Of a stretch of 64,000 nucleotides of DNA, positions 1 through 10,179 are shown one piece after another. Source of the DNA: Promethearchaeota archaeon (GTDB taxonomy: Archaea; Asgardarchaeota; Lokiarchaeia; Sigyniarchaeales; SOKP01); NCBI GenBank assembly GCA_029838195.1, contig JALGVJ010000001.1, positions 128,001 through 192,000 of the forward strand, read 5' to 3'. Under the pieces are notes generated by a model that did not search any database, was not told the DNA's origin, and was given only the letters and a program-made list of their open reading frames with translations. Numbering within the stretch: the first letter of the stretch is position 1; each line of letters opens with the position of its first letter. The position numbers and the translations under genes are program-made.

Positions 1-2071
1 CTCTCACTTCAGGTCTGGTTTCTATAATGAACCGTCCTGTAGATTCACTAAATAGAAATTCTTCATCATTTAATTCGATGTTCTGCGATTCAAAATCAAG
101 CTCTGCACCGAAATTATTTTTAAAACACATTTCTGCCAAGGTAATGATGAAACCTCCTTTATTTACATCGTGATTAGCAAGAACATGTTTTTTTTCATAG
201 AGTTCAAATAAAAATTCCCATGTTTTCTTTATTATTTGTTCATCTACTTTAGGCGGGACTCCTCCTTCTAAATCATGGATGACAGAATGATATTCGGATC
301 CCCCTAATTCCGCTTTGGTTTCTCCGATTAAAAATATATCATTTCCCGGTTTTTTGAATGGTAAGGTCACGATATTATCCTCTCCTTCAATGAGGCCCAC
401 GATCATCACTACCGGGGTTGGTTTAATCGCTTTTTTTGTCACCTCATCTTCATTATAAAAAGATACATTTCCTCCCACCACTGGAATCCGTAAATACTTG
501 CAAATATCTGCCATGCCTTTAACTGCTTGAGAAAAATACCAGTATGATTCGGGAATCTCAGGGTTTCCAAAATTGCAACAATTAACCATGCCCATGGGAC
601 GTGCTCCATTTGCAATTACATTTCCACACGTTTCCACCACGCTCTCTTTCGCACCTTCATAAGGATCTAAATAACAATGTTTAGAATTGGTGCCGACACT
701 AATAGCTATGAATTTTTCCGTGCCGATGATTCGTAATACACCTGAATCCCCATCTCCACATTTTACAACGGATCTTATTCCTACTTCATGATCATATTGA
801 CGATAAACCCATTCTTTACTACATATATTTTCCGAGGCAATTAATTCATAAAATACGTTCTCTATCGCACGAGTTAATTCAGGCGTTTGTTGAGAAAGTA
901 AATCATCAAGATATGATGGTCTTCTCTCTTCCCTTTGAATTACTGGGGCATCTGAGAGAGCGGTAGATGGAACGTTTACAACTAATTTTTCACCGTCATA
1001 TATTTTAAGAACTTTACTATCATCAATTTTTCCGATTATGGCATGTGCTAATTCATATTTTTGAAAAATTTTTAACACAGTATCTAATCCTTCGGGTTTA
1101 ATGATAAATGCCATTCTCTCTTGGGATTCTGATAGCATGATTTCAAATGAATTCATTCCTGGCTCTCTCATGTAGATATTCCGTAGATTTATTTCAGCAC
1201 CCGTACCTCCATCGCCAGTCAATTCACTTAAGGCACAAGAAAGACCTCCTCCTCCCAGATCTTTTAATCCTCTAACGTATCCCGTTTTTATAGCTTCCAG
1301 CGTTGCTTCGATAATAATTTTTTTAGTAAATGGATCTCCAATTTGAACGGCGGGTCTATCTGCTTCAGACATTTCGGTTAGCGTCCTGGAAGCAAATGTA
1401 ACGCCATGGATTCCATCTCTCCCAGTAGACCCTCCCATTAATATCACAAAATCCCCCGGAAAATATGCTCTGCTGGGAGCGTGCTTGAAATCTTCAATGG
1501 TCCCTAATCCCACGCAAGCTACGTTGACTAAACAATTATTTTCAAAACTGGGATCAAATTCCACTTCTCCTCCAATAGTAGGAATTCCCGTACAGTTTCC
1601 ATAATCTGCGATGCCTCTCACGACATGCTTGAAAAGCCATTGCGAATGAGGGTTATTTTTCAAATTTCCAAATCTTAATGGATCTAAAAGCGCTATGGGA
1701 CGCACCCCCATGCATAAAATATCACGGATAATTCCACCGATTCCCGTTGCCGCTCCGTGATACGGTTCGATGGCGGAAGGATGATTATGGGATTCAATTC
1801 GAAAAGCTACGCAATATCCATCTCCTATATCAATGACTCCCGCATCTTGCCCTGGCCCGGCTAATACATGGGCATAATTTTTCTCCGCATCTTCGAAAAA
1901 CGTTAGCTTTGGTCGGGAAGATTTATAAGAGCAATGCTCGCTCCACATCACGTCAAACATTCCGAGTTCAGTTAAATTAGGCTCTCTTCCTAAAAATGTC
2001 TTGATCTGATTGACTTCATTTTCCTCAAGATTCACTTCTATTTCTTTTTCCTCAATTTTGACTTTAGGCAT
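1..2071 (-). CDS. purL: Phosphoribosylformylglycinamidine synthase subunit PurL (3' end runs off the window)
   Basis: Not in ORF track. Read manually from ATG at 2071: MPKVKIEEKE...ELGMFDVMWSEHCSYKSSRP...ESHNHPSAIEPYHGAATGIGGIIRDI...KDLGGGGL...QYDHEVG; directly downstream of purQ. Confidence 0.96.
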   Translation of the reverse strand, partial: MPKVKIEEKEIEVNLEENEVNQIKTFLGREPNLTELGMFDVMWSEHCSYKSSRPKLTFFEDAEKNYAHVLAGPGQDAGVIDIGDGYCVAFRIESHNHPSAIEPYHGAATGIGGIIRDILCMGVRPIALLDPLRFGNLKNNPHSQWLFKHVVRGIADYGNCTGIPTIGGEVEFDPSFENNCLVNVACVGLGTIEDFKHAPSRAYFPGDFVILMGGSTGRDGIHGVTFASRTLTEMSEADRPAVQIGDPFTKKIIIEATLEAIKTGYVRGLKDLGGGGLSCALSELTGDGGTGAEINLRNIYMREPGMNSFEIMLSESQERMAFIIKPEGLDTVLKIFQKYELAHAIIGKIDDSKVLKIYDGEKLVVNVPSTALSDAPVIQREERRPSYLDDLLSQQTPELTRAIENVFYELIASENICSKEWVYRQYDHEVGIRSVVKCGDGDSGVLRIIGTEKFIAISVGTNSKHCYLDPYEGAKESVVETCGNVIANGARPMGMVNCCNFGNPEIPESYWYFSQAVKGMADICKYLRIPVVGGNVSFYNEDEVTKKAIKPTPVVMIVGLIEGEDNIVTLPFKKPGNDIFLIGETKAELGGSEYHSVIHDLEGGVPPKVDEQIIKKTWEFLFELYEKKHVLANHDVNKGGFIITLAEMCFKNNFGAELDFESQNIELNDEEFLFSESTGRFIIETRPEVR

Positions 2072-2072
2072 C

Positions 2073-2786
2073 TTAAACTCCCTTTTTTATGAATTCTATC
2101 ATTGAATCAAAAAACAAGCGACCGTGCGTGGTTGCAAAAGGAGATAAAATCTTTTCCGAAGCACGCTCAGGATGAGGCATTAATCCTAAACAATTACGTT
2201 CTAAATTACAAATACCCGCAATATATTCCAAGGAACCATTAGGATTTGCATTCTTTACCGTGTTTCCCTTTCTATCTACATATTTAAGAACAATTTGATC
2301 GTTTTCTTCTAATTCCTTTAATTGGTCTGTATAATACCGCCCCTCGCCGTGAGCAATGGGTAAATCAAGAACATCACCCCGTTTCATTAAACTAGTAAAT
2401 GCTGTATCCGTTGTTTCTATGCGGACATAGATCCATTTGCAAATGAATTTAAGACTATCATTCTGCAATAACGCTCCTGGAAGAAGTTCTGCTTCGATTA
2501 AGATTTGAAATCCATTACATATCCCTAAAACCGGTTTTTCTTCTCTTGCCATGAGTCTTACTTCTTCCATGGCAGGACTGTGAGCCGCAATGATTCCCGC
2601 TCTTAAATAATCGCCAAAAGAAAAACCACCGGGAATTACAACACCATCATATTGAGACCCTTTAAATTCATTATGCCAAACGAGATCTGCTTCGATATTA
2701 ATGACATTCTTGAGGACGTGAAGGGTATCTAAATCGCAATTAGAACCAGGAAATTGAATGACCGCAATTTTTATAGTCATGTTCAA
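2073..2786 (-). CDS. purQ: FGAM synthase glutaminase subunit PurQ
   Basis: FPGSNCD, PGGFSFGDYLRAG, LGICNGFQIL, AHGEGRY, MPHPER motifs. Confidence 0.97.
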   Translation of the reverse strand: MNMTIKIAVIQFPGSNCDLDTLHVLKNVINIEADLVWHNEFKGSQYDGVVIPGGFSFGDYLRAGIIAAHSPAMEEVRLMAREEKPVLGICNGFQILIEAELLPGALLQNDSLKFICKWIYVRIETTDTAFTSLMKRGDVLDLPIAHGEGRYYTDQLKELEENDQIVLKYVDRKGNTVKNANPNGSLEYIAGICNLERNCLGLMPHPERASEKILSPFATTHGRLFFDSMIEFIKKGV

Positions 2787-3058
2787 AAATCTTGTTTAGA
2801 AATTTTTAAAATTTTTAAATCTTGAGTAACAGGATTAAAAATTCGTAATTTGTTTGCCATTTCCGTTACAATTTCAGCAGCAGTGTTCTCATCTTTAGCT
2901 CTAAGAGTAATGCGGAGATATTGTCCCGATCTCACGTTGGATACCATTTCATATCCCTTCTTTACTAACAAATCTTTTTGGATGGTTTCTCCAACGGGAT
3001 CTCGTGCTCTTTTTTTATTCTCCAAAACGATTTCTACTATAAATTGGTTACTCTCCAT
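2783..3058 (-). CDS. purS: FGAM synthase subunit PurS
   Basis: 91 aa with DPVGETI, VRSGQY, NPV motifs; overlaps purQ start. Confidence 0.9.
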   Translation of the reverse strand: MESNQFIVEIVLENKKRARDPVGETIQKDLLVKKGYEMVSNVRSGQYLRITLRAKDENTAAEIVTEMANKLRIFNPVTQDLKILKISKQDF

Positions 3059-3207
3059 GTATAAAAGAAAAAATGATATTCTAAATTTAATTAATTTTTA
3101 TTAACAATTAAATAATGGCTCTCTTAAATATAAAGAAAATATTTTTCACGTTAAGTTTTCATGGATTAAATGAATTGAATTCCTATTTTACGTCTTTCCC
3201 GTGATTT

Positions 3208-3321
3208 TTGCTCATTCTTCATGGAATGCGGTATTGGATGGGAGATTTATTACATTAATAATTGTTGCTCATTCTTCATGGAATGCGGTATTGGATGGGA
3301 GATTTATTACATTAATAATTG
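3208..3321. repeat. Perfect tandem duplication, 2 x 57 bp
   Basis: ttgctcattcttcatggaatgcggtattggatgggagatttattacattaataattg at 3208-3264 and 3265-3321. Confidence 0.95.
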
Positions 3322-3333
3322 ATTTAATAAAGC

Positions 3334-3555
3334 TCATAAGACAATAGGAACGCCTTTCAAGAATAAACTAATTAATATCAATATTAACATGGATAATAAA
3401 GAAAACAACAAGACATATCCACTTATTTTTGGAAATTTTTTTACCTCAAGAGTCTCATATCTACCTGGTTTTAATTTAAAGAATTGTATCACGAGTAATA
3501 TAAAACCAACGAAAAGTAAAGAAATATTAGAAAAAATTATGAATTCTTCCACCAT
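3334..3555 (-). CDS. Small 2-TM membrane protein, unknown function
   Basis: 73 aa with two hydrophobic stretches separated by a charged loop; co-oriented between purC and purS. Confidence 0.6.
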   Translation of the reverse strand: MVEEFIIFSNISLLFVGFILLVIQFFKLKPGRYETLEVKKFPKISGYVLLFSLLSMLILILISLFLKGVPIVL

Positions 3556-3598
3556 GAGTAATAATAATTATGAATGAGATTAAAAATTTATCTACGAT

Positions 3599-4603
3599 TT
3601 ATAAATAATTTGCTTTTCTCAAATTTTCTTCGATCCTTTTTTCTACATTTGCGGGAATCGCTTGGAACGTTAACCCCGTAATTTTATTGAAACTCCTCAT
3701 GTATCTTTTCGCTAATTCGATTTTAATCTCTTCTGCTATGGGAGGTATTTCCTGATCAGGTTTAATGTCAGGAAAGATGTTGGGATATGTTTCCATGAGC
3801 CACCCTCTGAAAATTTCCTTGTCTAAAATCTCCGGTTCTTCTCCTTTGTTGAATGCCTCTTCATAAGTTTCTGCAATCCAGAATCGTGAGGAATCTTGCG
3901 TGTGAATTTCGTCAATTACCATTAATTTTCCTTCTTTTATCCCGAATTCATATTTGGTATCAACCATTATTAATCCGTTTTTTTCACAATGTGCTTGACC
4001 AAATTCAAATAATTTTAATGAAGCTTCTTCCATTTGTTCATATATCTCTTTTGATACTAATTTCCTTTTAATTATCTCTTCCTTAGAAAGATAAATGTCA
4101 TGACCCGAAGTTGCCTTAGTAGAAGGAGTTATTATTGGGGCCGGTAATTTCTCATTTTTATGTAATCCTTCAGGAAGTTCAATCCCTGATGTGTGGATTC
4201 CTTTAAGATAATTTCTCCAAGCGGTACCCGTAATGAACGCTCTAACAATGATTTCGACGGGAATGGTTTCACATTGATGTGCAACCGCAACATTGGGATC
4301 GGGTACCTCAATTAAATGATTCTGAATGATATGCCGAGTTTTTTCAAACCAAAAGGAGGAGATGCGGTTCAATAGTTCTCCTTTAAAAGGAATGGTTGTA
4401 ATGACCCGATCAAATGCCGATAACCGATCGGTTGCAATAATTATCCGCTTATCGTCATTTATATAATTATCTCTCACTTTTCCCCTATATAATGTTCCAA
4501 GGGAAGAAAAATTTGTTTCTTTCAAGGTATGATTAAGTTGTTCACGAATGGCCTCTTCAATTTTAGTATCGTTCATGCCGTTCATTTTTTTCACGTTCTC
4601 CAA
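3599..4603 (-). CDS. purC: SAICAR synthetase
   Basis: YRGKVRD, TDRLSAFD, IITPSTKA..GHD, DTKYEFG, DEIHTQDSSRFW, LDKEIFR. Confidence 0.95.
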   Translation of the reverse strand: MENVKKMNGMNDTKIEEAIREQLNHTLKETNFSSLGTLYRGKVRDNYINDDKRIIIATDRLSAFDRVITTIPFKGELLNRISSFWFEKTRHIIQNHLIEVPDPNVAVAHQCETIPVEIIVRAFITGTAWRNYLKGIHTSGIELPEGLHKNEKLPAPIITPSTKATSGHDIYLSKEEIIKRKLVSKEIYEQMEEASLKLFEFGQAHCEKNGLIMVDTKYEFGIKEGKLMVIDEIHTQDSSRFWIAETYEEAFNKGEEPEILDKEIFRGWLMETYPNIFPDIKPDQEIPPIAEEIKIELAKRYMRSFNKITGLTFQAIPANVEKRIEENLRKANYL

Positions 4604-4651
4604 TTTTAAATGATTTATTTTAATAAAAATTTCTTATTAAAGAAAAAATAT

Positions 4652-5032
4652 TTATTGAGAATCCTTTTTGTAATAAATTCCTCCGTTGAATTCATCTATA
4701 GGATACTTTTTTTCGTTAATCTTCATCTTGTTTATAAATGCGTTTGTCAAATCAATATTCAATGAATTAACGAAACTAATTAAATAAATAAAAATATCTG
4801 CTACTTCATTGCATACACTCTCATAAAGCTCTTCATTTATGAGTATATCTTCTTTTAAATATTCCTTGAATAAGAATAATTCCGATAATTCTGAAACTTC
4901 AATCTGTAAAGCTTGAATAAGATTTTTCGGCGTGTGATATTTTTTCCACTCTCTCTGCGTGATGAATTGTTCTACTTTGTTCTTGAAATATATTATTGGG
5001 GTCTTTTCATCTGTTAGAAAAGATTTAGACAT
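4652..5032 (-). CDS. MazG-like all-alpha NTP pyrophosphohydrolase (dCTP pyrophosphatase family)
   Basis: REWKKYHTPKNL..AL..EVSELSELF, EVADIFIYL, K...NEKKYP. Confidence 0.88.
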   Translation of the reverse strand: MSKSFLTDEKTPIIYFKNKVEQFITQREWKKYHTPKNLIQALQIEVSELSELFLFKEYLKEDILINEELYESVCNEVADIFIYLISFVNSLNIDLTNAFINKMKINEKKYPIDEFNGGIYYKKDSQ

Positions 5033-5137
5033 GGTAATTTAAAAATTATTCTTTCAAATTAATATTGGTTAATAAGTGCTTGATAATTTTCTAAAAAAAG
5101 TAATGAAGGAATCATACTTTTTAATTTAAAATAATGT

Positions 5138-5992
5138 TCATCTTTGAAGGAGTTGGCTTTTATCATGCTGAATTTTTTTAAGAAAATCACAGATAATTGG
5201 ATTTATGACGTCCGCCCTTTGAGCGGGTGCGAAATGTCCCGCCATATCAATGATTTCTAATTGTGAATTTGCAATCATTTCATGTAATTTTTCGGACATT
5301 TGCTCAGGGCTGAAATTATCTAACCGCCCTCCAATTATAAGCGTGGGACATTTTATCCCCGAAGGATCATACTCCTTTATCTCGTGAATCATCCTAAATA
5401 TTTGATCTTCAATGATCATGTAGAGATCCTCTCTCGTCATTTTAGTCCCGACTAGGGAATCTGCTAAAGACGTAACAATATAAGGTATGGTTTTATCGAG
5501 AATTTTTTCCACGCTGTTAGCTACAACCTCTAAGAAATTCATACGAATAAAATAAGGTAAGAGATTATAAAAGATATTTCGTATTACATTATCAATCATT
5601 ATATACCCTGAATTGAGCAAAATTAAGAATTTCACCCGCTCAGGATGTTTTAAACAAATTAATTGAGCGATCATCCCACCTACTAAGGAATGACCAATGA
5701 GCCCGAATTCGCCCTCCACGTGTAAATAGTCCAAAAGATCTTCCAAATCCCTTATAATTTCATGTCGTAAATTATGGGTTAGATCTAAGGTTTTTGGATG
5801 ATCACTCCTTCCATGCCCTAGAGCATCAAACAAAATGAGCCGATAATTATTTTTCAATATTTTGATTTGTTTCTTAAAAAATGCCGCTGATGAGGCGAAT
5901 CCATGAAGTAGAACAATCGTACAACTTTTCGAAAAAGGATTGATATCTTCGTAATATAATTTATAATTATCTCGGTTTTTAAAATAGGGCAT
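5138..5992 (-). CDS. Alpha/beta hydrolase
   Basis: LLHGF, DALGHGRS, GHSLVGG nucleophile elbow, CPTLIIGG..D, AGHF. Confidence 0.9.
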   Translation of the reverse strand: MPYFKNRDNYKLYYEDINPFSKSCTIVLLHGFASSAAFFKKQIKILKNNYRLILFDALGHGRSDHPKTLDLTHNLRHEIIRDLEDLLDYLHVEGEFGLIGHSLVGGMIAQLICLKHPERVKFLILLNSGYIMIDNVIRNIFYNLLPYFIRMNFLEVVANSVEKILDKTIPYIVTSLADSLVGTKMTREDLYMIIEDQIFRMIHEIKEYDPSGIKCPTLIIGGRLDNFSPEQMSEKLHEMIANSQLEIIDMAGHFAPAQRADVINPIICDFLKKIQHDKSQLLQR

Positions 5993-6255
5993 TCGATTTG
6001 GAACTTAATAATCATCTAATAAAAGATAAAATAATCTATAAAAAATATATTTTTCCACTCCCTTAAAATCCTTTTAAATAAGAAAAAAAGAAAAAAATCC
6101 TTGCGAACTAACGTTCGCTTCTAATCACCAATCTTTTTTCCTTGTAAGGTTAGATTGACATTCATGGATTTGAAAAATCCATTTCCAAAGAATTTTTGGA
6201 TAAAAAAAAAATCACAAAGGAAAAAAAAAAATAAAAAAACAACATTTTTCAGGGT

Positions 6256-7650
6256 TTATTTTAATTCAAATGATTTCCGCTTTTCCTCGTGAAGTTCAAG
6301 CACTTTTTCTTTCACTTCTTTTAATCGCTCTCCTTTAAGGGGGTAATGTCTATATATTAAAATTCCAATGAACATTACAAATGAAGGAATCAGTCCAATC
6401 AAAAGTCGTATTCCTAATAATGCGGAAGGAGGTTGAACAGGATTGCCAGCCGTGAATCCTGATAGCACGAATACTATGGACATGATAATGTAAGAAAGGG
6501 AAACTGAGCCCTTGACTATGAAAGCTTGAATCCCTTGATACATGCCTTCCCTGCGAACCCCCGTGGTTATCTCGTCTTCATCTATAACGTCGGCATAAAG
6601 TGTTTGGGGCAATAAAATAACTCCCGCTAAGCCTACTCCCAGAGTAATCATGGCTACCACGAACATGATTTGATTGAATACAAATAATAAGAGAATGAAA
6701 GAAAGTCCAAATAGAAACATGGTAAACATCGTAGCTTTTACGGTTCCAATTTTCTGACTCGCCTTATACCATAATAATAACGATGGAATAGCCGTAATGA
6801 ATATAAATAGCAAGGAAAATGCAGATTCTAACTCATTCATGTTAAGGATATAGGTTGTAAAAAAGATGGCCGTGGCGGAAGCAATATAATAGGCAATGTT
6901 AATGCAAAACCACGCAAATACCACGATTCGAAAAGCATGGTTTTTCAATGTCTCCTTTAAGGCGGGAATTAAGTGCAAGGCTTGTTCTTTACTAAAGATC
7001 TCTTGTTCTTTTGTTACAAACGCACTCGTGAATATGGAAATGGCAATCACGATTCCAAGCACAATAGCCATTAAAAACCATGACATGCTAGCAGTATATC
7101 CCATTTCTCGAAAAATTCCAACTATAATTAAAGAAAACACGTAGCCTAATATTAAAGCCAAGATATCAAAAAATTCAAGGTAGCTTGCGATCTCTAATCG
7201 TTCGCCAATGTCCGTGCTTAATTCAGGATATAGTGCCCTATAAGATAAAGAGACTACCGTGAACATCCATTCAAATGCGATAATGATGAACAAAAAGTAT
7301 AGGAATATTGCCAGAGTCTCTTTAAAAGGATTCCACCATAGAAAAATAAAGGAAACAACCAAAGGAACGGTTCCAAATATGAGATAGGGTCTACGCCTGC
7401 CCCAACGAGTTCTTGTATGGTCTGAAATGTGACCCATGAGGACGTCGTTGAACATATCCCATATTCCAAGGATACCCATTGCCAAACCAATCCAGATGGG
7501 GTCAAGACCGACGATACTTGCATAAAAGAAATAGATATAAGTAGAAAAGGTCCATGTAGAAATTACCACGCCGAGATATCCAAAGCTATATCCCAATTTT
7601 GTTTTTTTAGTTAATTTTATTTCACTCATGAAAATCCTATCATCATGCAT
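6256..7650 (-). CDS. MFS glycoside-pentoside-hexuronide (GPH/MelB-like) transporter
   Basis: NDVLMGHISDHTRTRWGRRRPY, ADVIDEDE..TGVRREG; about 12 TM. Confidence 0.9.
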   Translation of the reverse strand: MHDDRIFMSEIKLTKKTKLGYSFGYLGVVISTWTFSTYIYFFYASIVGLDPIWIGLAMGILGIWDMFNDVLMGHISDHTRTRWGRRRPYLIFGTVPLVVSFIFLWWNPFKETLAIFLYFLFIIIAFEWMFTVVSLSYRALYPELSTDIGERLEIASYLEFFDILALILGYVFSLIIVGIFREMGYTASMSWFLMAIVLGIVIAISIFTSAFVTKEQEIFSKEQALHLIPALKETLKNHAFRIVVFAWFCINIAYYIASATAIFFTTYILNMNELESAFSLLFIFITAIPSLLLWYKASQKIGTVKATMFTMFLFGLSFILLLFVFNQIMFVVAMITLGVGLAGVILLPQTLYADVIDEDEITTGVRREGMYQGIQAFIVKGSVSLSYIIMSIVFVLSGFTAGNPVQPPSALLGIRLLIGLIPSFVMFIGILIYRHYPLKGERLKEVKEKVLELHEEKRKSFELK

Positions 7651-7887
7651 TAATTGAACTACATTTTAATTGTATAAAGATGAAATTATATTGTCTTTTG
7701 TAAGATTTAAATATTTTTTTTCTTGAACTCATTAAATTCATTAAACATGATTGGGGGTACCTCTTTAATTCAGAAATCTTAAATCTCAATTCGAAAAATA
7801 GAAATGAAATGTTTTTAAAAAGAATTGAGAATATAAGGAGTAAGAGGGAAATTCTGTAATAAAAAGAAAAAATCTTTAAAAAACCCT

Positions 7888-9729
7888 TTAATATATTGTT
7901 TCTCCGGTTATTCTATCGACCTTAAAATGCCTGAATTTAGCGGAAGAGCGCCCTATTTCCTCTCTTTGTCGAATTTTATTTACCACTTCTTTTGGAAAAA
8001 GAGCCCGGGCAAGGTGAAGGATCATTTCTTTTGTTTCAATACAATTGAATAGTTTTAAAGATTCTAAAGAGTAGAAGATTTCACTAATTAAATCATAATT
8101 TACAGTTTCAGAAAAATCAACAAATTCTAAATTTCTATAAATTCTTGAAATAATGGTATCAATGAAATTGAAGGATTTTAGATCTTCTAAGGTATTTCGC
8201 ATGTAATTGCAGAAAAGGACGTAATAAGTAGCTTCCGAAGAGACAATTTCATCCCTGTGTTGCCTGATTCCTTCTGGAGTGACTCTTAGCTTAATTTCTT
8301 CCACGATAGCCTTGATATGTTGGGGATTGATTTTATCGAGAAACCCTAAAATTCTATAGATTTTTAAAATAACAACTAATTGTGAAGTTTCTAATTCTTT
8401 TAAATAAGAAGATTTAAAAAATTTGGACTCAGCTTGTACTAATCTTAATAATTGCTCTTCACTTAAGTGCCATTTTATCAGCGAAGTCGATTTTAGGAAA
8501 TAATAGATGCGGTCAGTTGCTTCGATAATCGGGGCTTCAAATTCATCTATGCATTCTTCATAAAGTTCTTCTAAAAAGGATTTTACTTTTACTTCATTTA
8601 TGTTAACCCCTAAATATTTCGATAAATAAATTCCACAGAAGTATATGTCCGGATTTTTTAAAGAGATGAGCGGTATGGATATTAACCATTTATCTAAGTT
8701 ATTTTTCAAGTAGTCCTTTAATGAAGTAAAGTTAAATAAATATTCGAGATTAAAAAAATTAATGATTCTAAAGATCAAGTAATTTAATTGAAGTTTATCT
8801 TGAATATCTTCAAGATTTTCTAATTTTTCTATTTTTTCTTTATTTTCTTGAAATTTTTGGATGATTCTATCCCGAATTTGAATATATTTTTTTAAATTCT
8901 CCGTTTTTTCGGATTTTTCCATGAGTTCTTTTAATTCTATTAATTCCATTGTAAATTCAATGGGTAAATATCCGCGAGCTTTTAGATTCAAGAGAACAAA
9001 AGTAGCATTAAGATCAACTAGATAATTCAAGACTTTTTCTAAGAAGATTTCATATAAGATGGGAGCGATTTTTTTCTTGTAAAGAACGATAGGAGAAGAA
9101 ATTGTGTTGTTCTCTTCCTTTTTGATTTTCAAAAAAGGATCCATGAATCGTGTTTCGATATATTCTTCCCTAAAACCTAAAGATATAAATTCTTTTTTTA
9201 AGAAATCCAAGAAATTTCTCTCTATTTCACTAATGACTTCAGTCATGTATTGAGAATCTTTTTTCTTTTTCAATTGGGGATGGAGTTTTCGCAATTCTTG
9301 TAACTTTTTTTTTTTAACCTCCCATTTTTCCTTCTTTATCTTCCATTCTTCAATCTTATTTTCTCTCTTTAATTGCCTTATTTCTCTTCTTAAATCTCTA
9401 GGTGTTTGATGATCTTTATCAAAAATACTGGTTAAAATTTCTTTAAAATGCGGATTTTCTTTTACCGATTCAATTATATGAAAATTAAGTGTTTGAATGG
9501 ATTCATTAAAATTTTTTAGAGAATTATTATTTAATTGTTTTAACTTCTCTTTAAAAAAGTTTTTCATCTCTAAATATCTCTCACCAAAAAAACTCTTAAA
9601 TTCTTTCCAGAAATAATCATCTAAAGAAGCATAAAATAAATCAATATTATCTAAATAAAGGTCAAGTATGTTAAAAAGCCCTTGAATGAGCATAGTCATC
9701 CACGTATGTTCTAATAAAATGTAGTCCAA
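7888..9729 (-). CDS. Hypothetical helical protein, Lys/Glu-rich N-terminal segment, possible alpha/alpha-barrel (prenyltransferase-repeat-like) C-terminus
   Basis: 613-aa ORF; recurring helices EATDRIYYFL / SSEATYYVL / LISEIFYSLESL; domain call tentative. Confidence 0.55.
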   Translation of the reverse strand: MDYILLEHTWMTMLIQGLFNILDLYLDNIDLFYASLDDYFWKEFKSFFGERYLEMKNFFKEKLKQLNNNSLKNFNESIQTLNFHIIESVKENPHFKEILTSIFDKDHQTPRDLRREIRQLKRENKIEEWKIKKEKWEVKKKKLQELRKLHPQLKKKKDSQYMTEVISEIERNFLDFLKKEFISLGFREEYIETRFMDPFLKIKKEENNTISSPIVLYKKKIAPILYEIFLEKVLNYLVDLNATFVLLNLKARGYLPIEFTMELIELKELMEKSEKTENLKKYIQIRDRIIQKFQENKEKIEKLENLEDIQDKLQLNYLIFRIINFFNLEYLFNFTSLKDYLKNNLDKWLISIPLISLKNPDIYFCGIYLSKYLGVNINEVKVKSFLEELYEECIDEFEAPIIEATDRIYYFLKSTSLIKWHLSEEQLLRLVQAESKFFKSSYLKELETSQLVVILKIYRILGFLDKINPQHIKAIVEEIKLRVTPEGIRQHRDEIVSSEATYYVLFCNYMRNTLEDLKSFNFIDTIISRIYRNLEFVDFSETVNYDLISEIFYSLESLKLFNCIETKEMILHLARALFPKEVVNKIRQREEIGRSSAKFRHFKVDRITGETIY

Positions 9730-10179
9730 TAACCTACAATTACTATTACAATAATATAATACATGAAATTAATAATTTATCATTACAATTTATTCAAAAT
9801 AATTTTTTTATTGATTTAGTTTTTATTAATTATTTTCATCCTTTTTATAAGCATTTATAAAAATATTTTGAAAATCTTTTAAACCTCACTTTCAAATCTA
9901 AAATTGGGACATTCCTTTCATGACATGATGATATTGGGAAAAAAAATCATTAGCTTACCATGAACTTATTTGTATATATAAAAAGAACAAGATCTCATGG
10001 TTTTCCTCTTTTCTTTTTCCAAACTCAACACGTTTTTCGGTGTTAGTAATAATCGATTTAAGCTATAAAGTTTAAAAATTAAGATTTCTTCAATTTACTT
10101 ATAATTATAAAGTTTATTTAACTAAATAGAAGAGTATTTTATCTTATTTTAAATTAGTATTATTATTTATCAAGTTAAA

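Noticed and set aside
3208-3321. CRISPR array
   Set aside because: Only two abutting copies, no spacers and no cas genes
6103-6200. Structured ncRNA from small hairpins (gcgaac-taac-gttcgc; ggattt/aaatcc; tccaaa/tttgga)
   Set aside because: Stems of about 6 bp with no recognisable RNA family; may just be terminator-region sequence
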